Shown: piece after piece, positions 51,250-62,730 of the stretch
Layout of the letters: every line of letters starts with the position of its first letter
How positions within the stretch are numbered: the first letter of the stretch is position 1
NCBI GenBank assembly: GCA_000934665.2
Contig: KZ538844.1
Coordinates: 1 to 64,000 of the forward strand
Origin: Catajapyx aquilonaris
Taxonomy: Eukaryota
Length of the DNA: 64,000 nt
Direction of reading: 5' to 3'
The notes under the pieces: generated by a model
What the model saw: the letters and a program-made list of their open reading frames with translations, nothing else
The model's database searches: none
Told to the model about the DNA's origin: nothing
Position numbers and translations under genes: made by a program

Positions 51250-51292
<43 letters not shown>

Positions 51293-54200
51293 GGATACCC
51301 CTTGAGATGCCTGTGCAATCCTATTCAAATTGTTCATTGCTGCACTGTTAGTAGATTGTGATACAGTGAAACTTGCCTGCAGCAATCTCTGGACATAATG
51401 GAAACCTATCTAGCTTGGAACATTGCTTTGGTTTTGGCAGGGATATGGGATTTCTCTCATATATTTCTTGGATGCACGGGAAAAAGCGCAGAAGTCAAAA
51501 AATTATTTTTTTTCTTTACGCTCTTTTTCCCCCGAATCCGAGTCTTATCAATGAGGTGGATTATTTGTAGAGGTGAATGCTCGGATTCAGGGGAAAAATC
51601 GCATAAGTGAAAAAATTATTATTTTGACTTATGCTCTTATTCCCCGCGCATTCCAGATTTGACACGTATACTGGACTTGTGCATTCATTGACCAATGCCA
51701 ATTTCAACATGAAAACTGTGTAATTAATAAGTAATTGGGGAACTACATTCTTCTGCAAATGTAAACTAACCCACATGACATGCGGTTAGTTGGAGCAGCA
51801 TATATACGCTGTATATACGCTGTTTTTCAGGGATCTCAGTTACATACGAATCTAACATACTGACATTTTTGGGAACTTAACCCCGTTGGTATAGACGTTG
51901 GGACTTCCTGTATTCATGTGGTACTCTTCTTGTTTTATTAGGTGATGGCTACTTTCCAAGGACTACTTGAGCGTAGTGGCGGGAAGCTGCGACCATTCAT
52001 CCTGTCACGGTCTCACTTTGCTGGCACCCAGAGATATGCAGCTGTGTGGACTGGGGACAATATGGCCAACTGGGACCACCTGCACATCTCCATCCCCATG
52101 TGCCTGTCCCTTTCCATCGCAGGGATTACTTTTTGTGGTGCAGATGTTGGTGGCTTTTTCCACAATGTTGATGGTGATCTCATGTCCAGGTGGTACCAGG
52201 TAAGAGAGATCAACTCACAGTACAGATAGTTGTCCAAATTTTTAATTTTGTAACTGAAGGGTCTCAGTGCCCGATGATGAAATGGACCAATTTTTCAGGA
52301 TTTGAAACAATAGGTTTGATGATATACCAATTTCATGATTATAGTGAACCTTATAGGGTGCTCTACCCTGCATAAATTACAAAAGCATAGCTGTAGCATA
52401 TGGGTGGTTAAAATGAAGCATAAAGTATAGGAATATCTCGGGTGCTTAGGTCTTAACTGGGCTCTAGTGGTACCTCTGAGTAGGCACATGTATGCCTACT
52501 CGTCATGCAGAGTGATTAGTGGTCAGTGGACAAACCACCAAGGCAATTTTCTTCGGGGTGATGACGACACCTGCCTGCCCTGATCTTGGAAGGTCCTCCA
52601 TGCGCACACATCCAATGTTGTGCCTGCGTGGAATCCATAGCCCAGTAGGGTCATGCACAAAGTGCTGTCCTGCCCACAAACCACTTTGCATGATAAGTAG
52701 CTATACATGTGCGTACTCAGAGGTACCAATAGTGCCAAGCTGAGACAAATAGCACTGGAGGTATTGCTCCACTTGATGTTTGATTGAAACCACCCACATA
52801 GTTCTTGGGGTTGGGGTGGTATTGCCTGCCCTGCCCCACAACGTCACAAGTGTTTGGCGCAGTATAGCCAGTGCTGCTGTTGCGCCAATAAACCGTTACT
52901 CAATCAATCAATCAACATAGTTCTTGACTGTTCAGAAGTGAGAAAATCTGAAACTTTTTCTATCAGGCTGGAGCATTTCAACCCTTCTTCCGCTCTCACT
53001 CTCACATTGAGAACCGTCGGAGGGAGCCATGGACTTTTGATGATAAGACACGTCTTCTGATCCGAGATGCTATTCACCGTAGATACTCGTATGTGCCTAT
53101 GTGGTACACATTGTTCTATGAGAATGAGATGGATGGATCTCCTCCCATGAGGCCTCTCTGGTTTCACTATCCAAAGGACGCTGCCACATTTACTTTGGAT
53201 GACCAGTACCTATTAGGTAAGTTTGTGTAAATGGTACATGTTGAAACCAGTGAAGAGTATTGAGATCTCAATGGCCAGACTGCGAATATGATCAGTTGAT
53301 CGCCGTAACTGACAATTAAAATCTTGTGAGACCAATACTCTTCTTTGATTGCAGTAGTTTTAAGTAGTATAATTATGAATGGCCCCTATCTTGAGTTGTG
53401 TTGGAGACACACCTGATCAATTTTCACTGCTGTTACAAGGTAGACCTTTTGTGTCCAACTCATCATCCTTGATGAATGATGGATGATGTGTTGGACACTG
53501 CAGATCAAGCATGAGACAACAGTGGAAATTAGCCATGTGTTATACAATGCTCTGTCAGTGCTACCTGCCCATGACACTGTTAGTTTGAGGAGCTAAGACT
53601 TGAATCTGTAGGAAAACAATACATTAAACCATTCTTGATGAACTTAGAGGCTGGGCTATATCCTGAACAAGGGCACAGTTCCCTCTAATGGGATATAAGA
53701 AAAGAAAAGAAATCCATAACAAATGGTTGAGGATCAGTGCGAAGGCCAGGAGCACTGAACTCGCAACCAAAGTCACTCTTCTTACCCCCTGAATTATGAA
53801 AATTTTGGGATTTTCTAATTCTGCTTGGCTTATAGTGTTGAGAAAACATCACCTCCGCTGCTAATTTCCATGTTAGCAGGGTGAAAATACATCCTAAATG
53901 CGATGTTCCGAAGCCACAACACCTGCATCCGGGCGCGAGTCGCCGGTCCCGGTCGCCTTTCACCGCGTCTGTTGCGCTCTCAGGTGCCGCGAAGGAAAAG
54001 GGTCATCTCGCACACTTTGAAGTCGAAGGCCTTCGACTTCAAAGCGTGCGAGATGACCCTTCTCCTTCGCGGCACCGGAGAGCGCTACAGACGCTGTAAA
54101 AGGCGACCGGGACCGGCGACTCGCGACCGGATGCAGGTGTTGTGGCTCTGGAATGTCGCCTTTAAGCTCTATTTTCACCCTGCTAACGTGGAAATTAGCA

Positions 54201-57200
54201 GCGGAGGTGATGTTTTCTCAACACTATATGCCAAGCAGAATTAGAAAACCCAACAAATTTCAAAATTCAGGAGGGTAATAAGCTTTACTTCGGTTGTCAG
54301 TAAAACAAATCTGGGTGGTAGAACTTGTTACTAAATGTTAACAAAATCTAACCAACTGTTAATACTAGTAACAAGTGCAATCAGGTCGGATTTGTTTTAC
54401 TGTGTTCAGTGTTCCCCACCTTTAGTTGCTAAAATGAGAGGACATAGCTTTTTACATAGCTTTAAGGCTTCACAATAGTAAGAATGTGGTGAAATGTTTT
54501 GTAGGGAATTAAATTTTTTTGGCACGAAACGCATCATTAACCCATTTCATCCTTTGAAGGTTTTTTTACGTATGATATTTTAATAATATTTTAAGGCATT
54601 ATTTAAAAGGTATTAAGTTTTTAATACTTAGAATTTGTCATTTTAAACAGTGAAAAAAATGAAAGTATACTGTAGAATCTTACCTGAGTTTGTAATGACT
54701 GAAAATCAAAGTATTCACTACAGCTTCCTGTAAATTAGTAAAGGGCTACCAGAAAATCACTGCAGGGCAGACAACTGAAAGAAATTAAATAACCTGATTC
54801 ATAATAAATAATAGTGAAAGGAAAATTTGTTTGGAATGACATGAGAAGAGAAAAAAAAACCTTAAATTTTCTTGTTGGTTTTGCCCCATGTTGGAATTCC
54901 CCATATTACCATTTATTTACATTATTTTCTTACAAAACAATCCTCCTCACATGCGATTATTACAAGTTTGGAAAAGGTGCATAAAAGGGCAAAGATTGCA
55001 TTGAAGGAATTTAATTGTCCAGATCATTTTAAATAATCTCATTTACATTTTGTACAGATGTTAAATTATTCAGAAGGGTAATTTAACTCTTTGCATGCAT
55101 TTTAATATATTGACATTATGTACAGGGAACCTACTGCTAGTCAAGCCTATCACAAAGAAAGATGCAGTGGACACCTCTGTGTACTTCCCTGGTGAGGGAG
55201 AATTTTGGTATGATGTGGATACTTACCAGAAGTACAAGGGACCAGCCACATTGCAGATTGCTGCTCCTCGTGAGAAGGTATTTGGCTATATATATATATA
55301 TACAGTAAAACTTCTATAAGTCGAACTTCTCTATAAGTCGAAGAAAATAATGAGCTTTGTTGGTCACAATGTAAAATAATAGGAAATAAACTTCCCTAAC
55401 TCGAATTTCTATAACTCGAAGTGCAGGCAGGGCCTTACGATGGGATATCAATGCATTTTCAGTCTCCCTAAGTCGAAGTTCATGTTGGCGAGTACGGAGA
55501 ATTTTCTAATTTCCCAGCCGAAGGGTCGAGAGTAGGCCACATGTACAGAAAGGCTCAATTTCCTGATTTCTGTCTACCAGACATACCGAAAGAAGTGTTT
55601 GACTCGATTGTGACAATTGAATCCTTGAATCTAAAAGTAGGCAAATGTCCATAACGGAGATTTTTTGCAACAAAACAACGAGGAACATTGTAATTGTGAT
55701 AGTGACAGTTATTTTTAAGTTTTGAACACCTTTATCGCTGGATATGAAGGTATGCTTCCTTATAAAGTTCTGTGCCTTAAAAAATTCCAAACTTCTCTAA
55801 CTCCAATCTTCTATAACTCGAAGTTTTCCCCGGTCCCATGGAGATTCGACTTATAGAAGTTTTGCTGTATATAGGCAGTTAAACATAATTTTAGTCTAGA
55901 AAAAGAAACATCACGGGAATCCTTGTTGTAAATGCAGTTGTTCCAACTGAATTGTCCATAGTGGGCCGCAATTTCTTGACACAAATTCAAGTTGGCGGCA
56001 GTCAAACCTGGCAGAAGGGGAATGACTCCTTTGCCTCAATCCCCCAGCCTTGACAAGGTGTTTTCTTTTTCTTTTTCTTTTTCGATTTACATACCCCATC
56101 GCAAAATTGGAGATGAGCTGCAATCACACCCAACATGGCAACATCCAGTCTGATCATGACTTGAAAGCATTTTCAACGTTCCCATGTCACTGGTAAATTG
56201 CCATGTGGTCTGTCAGACCCACTGCATCTTAATTGAGCTACAATCATATTCATGCTGCCAGGTCATCCATAGCAGGCTGGCACTGGTGACATGATTACAA
56301 TGGGGTTGGCGAGAGCCACTTCCGGTTGCTGCTTGCATTTTTATTGTTTAAGGGAATGGGAGAACCCATCAGTCTCTTTCCACAGGAGAAATTCCTCTGT
56401 CCAACCTGGGGATTGAACTTGGGATCTCAAAGGTGGAAGACTGTGATGCTAACCACTACTCCACCCTCATTACACTGAATATTATTTGTCGAAACCTATC
56501 AATCTGCTCTGAACCATTATAAATTCAAACCGTGGTACTATATCGCTCAAAAAGATAGAGACGATTGGCATTTGATTCAAGTGCAAGTTGCACTTGAGTC
56601 AAATGCAAAATCGTCTCTATCTTTTTGGGCGATATAGTACATAAAGCATCATTCTTTTGCTTTTCATGTTCCCCAACCAGCATCTATAAAATGCTTCCTA
56701 AATTCAAATGTTGAGTGTCAAGTGCATTTTTTTTTGCATATGAAATGGCCACTGCAAGCACTGCGAATTTTCCAGAAGATTCATTTTTATTTTTCTGACA
56801 ATCACAGGTGATGGCCAATTTATGAGTGGCATATTGCTCATAAAAAGTATAATTTAGTAAAATAAATACTGGTTGCACAATGTGGCAACATTGCCAATTG
56901 GATATTACACTATGCAATCATGCTTATGCTCATTTTTAATTTTATTGAAATTATCATTTGTGAACAAAAAATTGACCATCATCTACCATTGACCGAAAAA
57001 GTAACACAATTTCTGAAATGTTCCTACTGCTCACTGTGACCATTTCAAATGCAGTAAAATAGCAAATTCTCAACTCTCAAGTGCAAGTTTTCACTATACA
57101 CAAGGGACAGATATTTCAAAATTAGTTTCACTTTTTCACATAAATAATATTAGGAACAACTTCCCATACAAATTATCCTGTCTCACGGCAGAATCGATCG

Positions 57201-60200
57201 TGAAAAACATCATTTTCTGTGCAGAACAGGTTTTTGTTGTATGCAACAGAAATGCACGAAAAATCCTGCACCTGGACCAAGCAAAAGTAATAATGGGAAA
57301 GTTTGTGCTGCAGTAAGGGTGTGTCACTTACAGGTTTCACAGTGCTTGACTATTTGCATCATAGATATGAAGCCATGTAACACGTTACTCTTTGTCACTT
57401 CAATTTTTATGAGTTTGAGTGATCACCATTGCTTTTTTGTTTCCAGATCCCAGTATTTCAAAGAGGAGGAACTATTATCCCCAAAAAAGAAAGGATGAGG
57501 AGATCACTTACCCTAACCCATGATGATCCATATACTCTCGTTATTGCACTAAACGATAAGGTCAGTACAAGTGGTTAGTGCAAAGTATTAGTTCTTTTTT
57601 TACTGAACAATGTTTCTTCCAGGTGACAGCTACTGGAAAGTTATACGTGGATGATGGGGAGACATATGGCTATCAGCAAGGAGAGTGCGTGCTTATGGAA
57701 TACACTTACAAGAATAAGAGACTGACTTCTAGGTACGTATCTAGGCATTTTAGTCTTTGTTTCTGTGTTCCATATTATGAGGGACGTTTGAAAAGTATGG
57801 TAGTGAGCCCACCTGTGAAGGAGTTGACCCAGGTGAGTGACACTTCAGCACTTCTCTACATCGTCCTCCTGGACTGTGATGCACTTATCCCAGCAGTGGT
57901 CCAGCTTGTGAACCCTTCACAAAAAAAACATTTGTCTTGGTCATGGCACCATTCACGGACAGGGTCCATGACGGCGGCATCACTGTTGAAACGCTGTCCT
58001 TTCAGATGTTGTTTTGAACTGTAACCCTACCACCCATACTCGCTGGATTTGGCACTTGTCTGACTATCACCTGTTCCCAACACTCAAACGACATCTGAAA
58101 GGACAGCATTTCAACAGTGACGGCACCATCAAGGACACTGTCTATGAATGGTTTGAAGACCAAGGCAAATATTTTTTCTCGAAGGGATCGCAAACCTGGA
58201 CCACCGCTTCAATTAGTGCATCACACTCCAGAAGGACTCTGTAGAGAAGTGCTCAAGTGTCATTCACCTGGGACAACTTCAGAGGTAGCCTCACTACTTT
58301 TCACACACCCCTCATAAAGTAGTCTGCACTAGTACCATCTGGCTGTTGGCCAAATTGTTTTTATGCAGGCATAGGTTACAAGTAAGGAACGGATTTTTAG
58401 GTTCTAAAAAACCCTCAAGTAGGTAGGCATTTAGGTCCTGAAAGCAGTCAAAATTGGCTCTTAATCGGCTGTAACAATCAAGAAGGTCCTAATGTACTCT
58501 TGGCCATGGAATTTTGCAGCACAGTAACAAACAAGCAGTTTTTCCAAATTTTTGTTGGTTAATCGCAGTTATTTGGCGACGCCTGTCTGACAATACATTT
58601 CTACACGCTGAAAGTGACCTTTTGACGTCTCACAAAGCAACTGGATCATACTTGAAAAGTGAAATGTCTTCTATAGCCATTGGTGGGCACAGCTAACCAA
58701 AAAATTAGCTCCGCTAACAGCTAATCCTCCAACTGAAGCTTTTGACTTTGCTAAATTCCTAACGCTAAACTGCTCGAAAATTTGGTGGGAGCTGATGCTA
58801 ACTTTCATTAGATGAATTTACCCCCNTTTTTTTGGCTCTGTGACCATTTAAAAGATAAAAACAGACCTAGAGTGCTAAAGCCTAGAGAGCACTGCTACAC
58901 ATACACCTTATTTAGTTATTTACTGTTCCGTAAAAAGTAATAAACATATCCAAAAAGCAAAAAAAAATTAATATTGCCAAAGGTTTTACATCAGTGCTTC
59001 CCAATTCTTTTCATTGGCAACCCTAAAAAATAGTCTATTTAAATTTGCAACCCACCAGACGTGCACCTTTTGATCCCTCAAAATGGAAAAACAGGTGAAC
59101 AGTGAAATTAAAATTATTGATTGTCAAGTACGTATTGGAACTGTTCTGTAGGCTAACTCTCGTAATATCGATATATTGAAAGATAAATTCTCTTTGTATG
59201 CGATACTTTCTCTCTGAAAATAATTTCCCTGATTTCTTACCATTTGCCGTTTCTCCCTTTTACCCCCATTTTTCTCGAAATTTCCTCGTGCCGAGGTAAA
59301 TTTCCTTTCGTCTACCACTGCTCCCCGCAGCCACCAAAAGACTGCTCCCCACACCCTATCACTTCGGACTTCGCCCCCTGTGTTTAACACTTTAAGAGGC
59401 TTACCTCAGAGGAAAAGCTCATACATTTTTGGTGCATCACCAGTGGGTGGGAACTGGGAAGGGGGTCTGCACACCACCCTCCGACCGGACCCGGATGTCA
59501 GACCATAACCTTTCCACCCTAAGGACCTTGAACTCTCCTACCCATAAACCAGTCTAATTTAATCCCTGCCTGGAGTGGGAAGTGGGCAATGCTGCTCAAA
59601 AATAACACAAGAACATGAATGAATTTTGTTAGCGGACTTACATTTAGCGGCACGAAGCTTAGCAGAAGCTAAGCGGTCTGCTAACTGTTTGAAAAGTTAG
59701 TGAAAGCGCTAAACAGCTAAGGGAAAAGTTCCTTCCGCTATTAGCAGTTAGCGGCGCTAATGCCTACCACTGTCTATAGCCAGTTCATCTGGCAATGTCT
59801 ACACCTTCTTCGACCGTAATAGGTTGAAGTGGGAGAGATTCTTTGAACGTAAAACCCGCAAAATTCTCGAAAATATTACAAAACGCTGTCAAAAAGGTGG
59901 AAATAGGTGCAAAATAGACTCTAATAGGCCATTTAGGTCCCAATGCCCAAAATAGGCAATTTTAGGTTCTATAAAACTACAATTTTTGAGGTCCTTATGT
60001 TATGAAACTGATAGATAGGTTCCGGTGTTCTGCCTACAGAACAAAAAGTATGTAAAAACCTAAAAATCCGTTCTCTAGTTACAAGTAATGGCTGGTAGGA
60101 ATGCATAGGTCATCAAGAAGTAGTGGCACTATTTTAAATGTATATGTGGTGTGGCTAAGAAGTTGGGTGCAATGCATGCGACAAGTTTTAGCATGAGCAT

Positions 60201-62730
60201 GGACATCCAGGGACAGTACAGCTCACGAGGAGGCACTTCTAGATGTGTGGCTGCAAGTGCACTGCTGCCACAGTCATTTGAGTGCAGTCTGTGTGAGAGG
60301 TGGCATCGAACAGAAATGGAGCAATGACACAACATTAAGTTCTGCTTCAAATTGGGGTCAACCAGTCGTACACACGTGTTATGGTCACAGCATCCTTCCT
60401 GTACACTTTGATCAACATTTTGTGTGTGTCTGTCACCATTTCCCTATTCGAAACAGAATGTTGTCGTTGCTCCATTCCCATTCAGCGCCTCCACACACAC
60501 ACACAGGCGCGCATTCCTATCCTTGTGAGGTTTTTCCAAAATTTAAAATTTAAAACTAACCTAACCTAACCTACAAGGAAACACACGGAATTTTGGGGAA
60601 ATATATTTATACTGTCTTTATGAGGAATTTTTTCGATTTTTCCCTATCCTTGTGAGGCGTGTGTTCACTATGAGGTGCAGGAAAACTACCTCGTAATGAC
60701 AAAATTCCTCACAAGGATAGGAAAAACGCGTAAAAATTCCCTCACAAGGATAGCAATACGCGCCCACACACACACACCCCCCCACTTCATCACGAAGGAA
60801 AGATCAACCCCTTTTTTCAATATTTTGCCATGCCTTGCATTGGATTGATATCAATGAGGGTGTGATGTTTGTAATGCAGGGTGTTGCATAATGATTCTCA
60901 CGAACTTCTAGGTTGAACTCTTGTAGAGGTGTTATTTCGTCTCTCTAGGCTAATTACTGAAATAACAGACTGCCAACAAGGTATAAAATATCCTGGCTGC
61001 AGTGTGTCCCTCCAGGAGACATTGCCTTTTTTCATAATCAAATAGGTGTTACCATACAATTTGAATTCAATCTAAAGTCTCATTAGGTGTATCAGGCAGT
61101 GGCTGAGGCAATGGAAGTCATAATTTGTATCCACAACATAGAAGATGGTATAAAGGGCTCTTTGTTTAATGCTGATTGGTAACAGGGCTGCAGAGACCAA
61201 ATGTCACCTAAACATCAAGTGATCCACTGGGGGCCCAGAAGCTTATCCTATAAGTTTGTTGGCATCTGTAAGAAACACCCTGTATATTGCAAAAATGAAG
61301 CCCAGGTCTTTTCTACTGAGAGTTCTGTCAATTTGAGTTTAACAGTTGTTAAATTTCATTTTTTGCAAAGGTTCCTTGCAAGTACAGGGGTGTTCAAGTC
61401 ATTCCCGGACTTTATTTTTTAACAAATCACACACAAGTGACACAGATGTCAAACCTTGGTCATTTCTCGACATAGTCCCCAGCAACAGCACAACATTTTC
61501 CCCACCGATGTATAAGCGCTTGTATCCCAGCAGCATAGAATGAGGGTTCCCCCCTCCTCAGCCACGTCAGGACAGCTTCTTGCACTGCCTCATTCGTCTC
61601 GATGACAAATGCTATTTTAAAGGCCCGAAAATGTGGAAATCGCTGGGGGCAAGGTCGGGGCTGTATGGTGGGTGAGGAATAGTGGTCCAACCGAGTGTGC
61701 GAATTTTGTCCATGGGGATATGGGCTGTGTGGGGGCGGGCATTGTCTTGCAGTAGAATAATGCCTTGCAGGTACCTTAGAGACGTGAATGTGTTCATGCA
61801 GAATAATCTCAACACTGCCATAACTGATTCCTGTCATCTGCATTAAGTCCACGAACAGTAACACGACGGTCACTGAGCACTAAACCCTCCACACGCGTGA
61901 TGTTCGCTGGCGTCACCACACTGGGCGCCAACCCGCCATGTCCCGGATCATCAAGCACACCTTTGCGGCCGCCTTTGTATCGTGCAGCTCACTCGTACAC
62001 CACCGACCTTCTCAGGGTATCCTCCCCATACTGTCCCCTCAGTCTGGTGACAATGTCCGATGTTTTGATGCCTTCCGCTACCAGAAACTTAATGATAACG
62101 CTGTGTCCCACTACTGCGCTGACACCACCCGATACCATCTTTTTTTGCTCTCTCACAGGACTGTTTACGGAGACTGGCCCTTGACTGAATATACAAGACA
62201 GTTGAAGGAAGGTGTGGGATAAGTTTGACACCTGTGTCACTTGTGTATGATTTGTTAAAAAATAAAGTCCGGGAATGACTTGAACACTCCTCGTAAGACT
62301 GGGAATTTGTAGAACACCTCTCTTGTTTATTGCTCAAATTTTTGGTGCCTAGATGGTTGATAGTGTCTACTAGAAAAGTGATCGCACATCCTCAAAATAA
62401 AAAAACGCTTGGATATTTTTCCATTGAAAATTAATTTATCTTGTTTTAGGAAACTGGCTTCTCGATGTGATTTCGACTCAAAGGCATGGCTAGAAAAGGT
62501 TGTGATTATTGGCCTACCAATAAAGCCCACCTTCATTGATGGCTCTGAAAAGATGGGTAAGTATCCTTTTGTTTCATGGATTTCAGTAATGTAATGCTAA
62601 CAAAATGTAATATCTTCTAGCCTTAGGAAGTGTAAAGATGCAGTACTCTTATGATTACAAGAAACAGATTTTGGTGATTCGCAAGCCTGGCTTTCTCATC
62701 AAGAATGAATGGAGTATCAACTTCAAATGA
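33635..62730 (+). CDS. GANAB: Neutral alpha-glucosidase AB / glucosidase II alpha subunit (GH31), 921 aa, 15 exons
   Basis: Exons 33635-33651, 33969-34067, 37714-37950, 39248-39421, 46787-47005, 47078-47179, 47472-48049, 50519-50757, 51942-52199, 52967-53216, 55126-55277, 57447-57560, 57623-57732, 62450-62556, 62621-62730 give 2766 nt in one frame. Signal peptide then [39 protein letters not shown]; nucleophile [10 protein letters not shown]; acid/base WTGDN; C-terminal VIRKPG...W. Confidence 0.96.
34836..35185 (+). mobile_element. SINE family 2 inserted into an older family-1 SINE (~34650-35235)
   Basis: Perfect 16-bp TSD atatagtcagggataa at 34819-34834 and 35186-35201. The flanks are the decayed 5' and 3' parts of a family-1 copy. 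Confidence 0.85.
37287..37548. mobile_element. piggyBac-like MITE
   Basis: TTAA-cgccttatgccccagg ... cctggggccaaagggc-TTAA. Confidence 0.55.
38004..38311. mobile_element. pogo/Tigger-like MITE
   Basis: TA-CAGTAGAACCCCGATTATCC ... GGATAAGCGGGATTCTACTG-TA. Confidence 0.8.
38450..39143. mobile_element. Fold-back piggyBac-like element, older copy with damaged left end
   Basis: Colinear with 39539-40260; ends ggggccgaaggggTTAA. Confidence 0.8.
39539..40260. mobile_element. ~720-bp fold-back piggyBac-like element
   Basis: TTAA-ccccttggcccccagatcta ... tagatctgggggccaagggg-TTAA; arms are complementary almost to the centre. Confidence 0.9.
41012..41159. repeat. 148-bp near-perfect palindrome (MITE-like)
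   Basis: gtatcaacag.tcaaaaagaatt...ggaacctGTTAACtggttcc...aattctttttga.ctgttgatac. Confidence 0.85.
42925..44212 (-). mobile_element. Deleted Tc1-like element
   Basis: TIRs cagaggttggacaaaataat / attattttgtccaacccctg. Minus-strand remnant [20 protein letters not shown] (~43306-43385) matches Tc1 transposase C-termini (SMPRRxxAVIxAKGG). Confidence 0.8.
43677..44089 (+). mobile_element. SINE family 3 with expanded (TAT)n(TAC)n tail
   Basis: tRNA-like head; TSD tacattgacatagtt at 43662-43676 / tacatcgacatagtt at 44090-44104. Confidence 0.88.
45464..46231. mobile_element. Mariner-derived fold-back made of two 5' ends
   Basis: Both arms encode the transposase HTH N-terminus ([37 protein letters not shown]); ends tagtcaataagttccc / gggaacttattgactgta. 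Confidence 0.92.
48132..48389 (-). mobile_element. SINE family 1
   Basis: TSD tcagtgctaagaatgtaa / tcagtactaagaatgtaa. More decayed copies lie at ~36170-36380, ~50835-51000 and ~56370-56467. Confidence 0.9.
52450..52746. mobile_element. MITE-like element with ~50-bp TIRs
   Basis: tggtacctctgagtaggcacatgtat / atacatgtgcgtactcagaggtacca. Confidence 0.65.
53760..54300. mobile_element. ~540-bp spacer-less palindromic element
   Basis: Centre tttgaagtcgaagg|ccttcgacttcaaa at 54029/54030; arms complementary out to ctcgcaacc / ggttgtcag. Confidence 0.9.
55301..55869. mobile_element. pogo/Tigger-like MITE
   Basis: TA-CAGTAAAACTTCTATAAGTCGAA ... TTCGACTTATAGAAGTTTTGCTG-TA, inserted at a (TA)n run. 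Confidence 0.85.
56535..56640. repeat. 106-bp hairpin (MITE-like)
   Basis: gtactatatcgctcaaaaagatagagacgatt...tcaagtgcaa g ttgcacttga...aatcgtctctatctttttgggcgatatagtac. Confidence 0.85.
57776..58316. mobile_element. Mariner-derived fold-back made of two 3' ends
   Basis: TA-tgaggg...aaaagta / tacttttcacacacccctca-TA. 57790-58017 is the reverse complement of ~58084-58300; the plus arm reads [22 protein letters not shown]...VYEWF (mariner C-terminus). Confidence 0.85.
58383..60077. mobile_element. hAT MITE containing a second hAT MITE (58678-59772) and further fragments
   Basis: Outer: taaggaacggatttttagg / cctaaaaatccgttctcta, TSD gttacaag. Inner: cattggtgggca / tgcctaccactg, TSD tctatagc. 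Confidence 0.85.
60506..60764. mobile_element. (CA)n-embedded TIR element with internal (CCTAA)n
   Basis: TIRs ggcgcgcattcctatccttgtgagg / cctcacaaggatagcaatacgcgcc, directly flanked by (CA)n; ctaacctaacctaaccta at 60556-60573. Confidence 0.8.
61383..62295 (-). mobile_element. Internally deleted mariner transposon (defective transposase)
   Basis: ~60-bp TIRs with TA flanks. Remnants [10 protein letters not shown]...[36 protein letters not shown] and RWGKC...GDYVEK, with stops and frameshifts. Confidence 0.92.
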
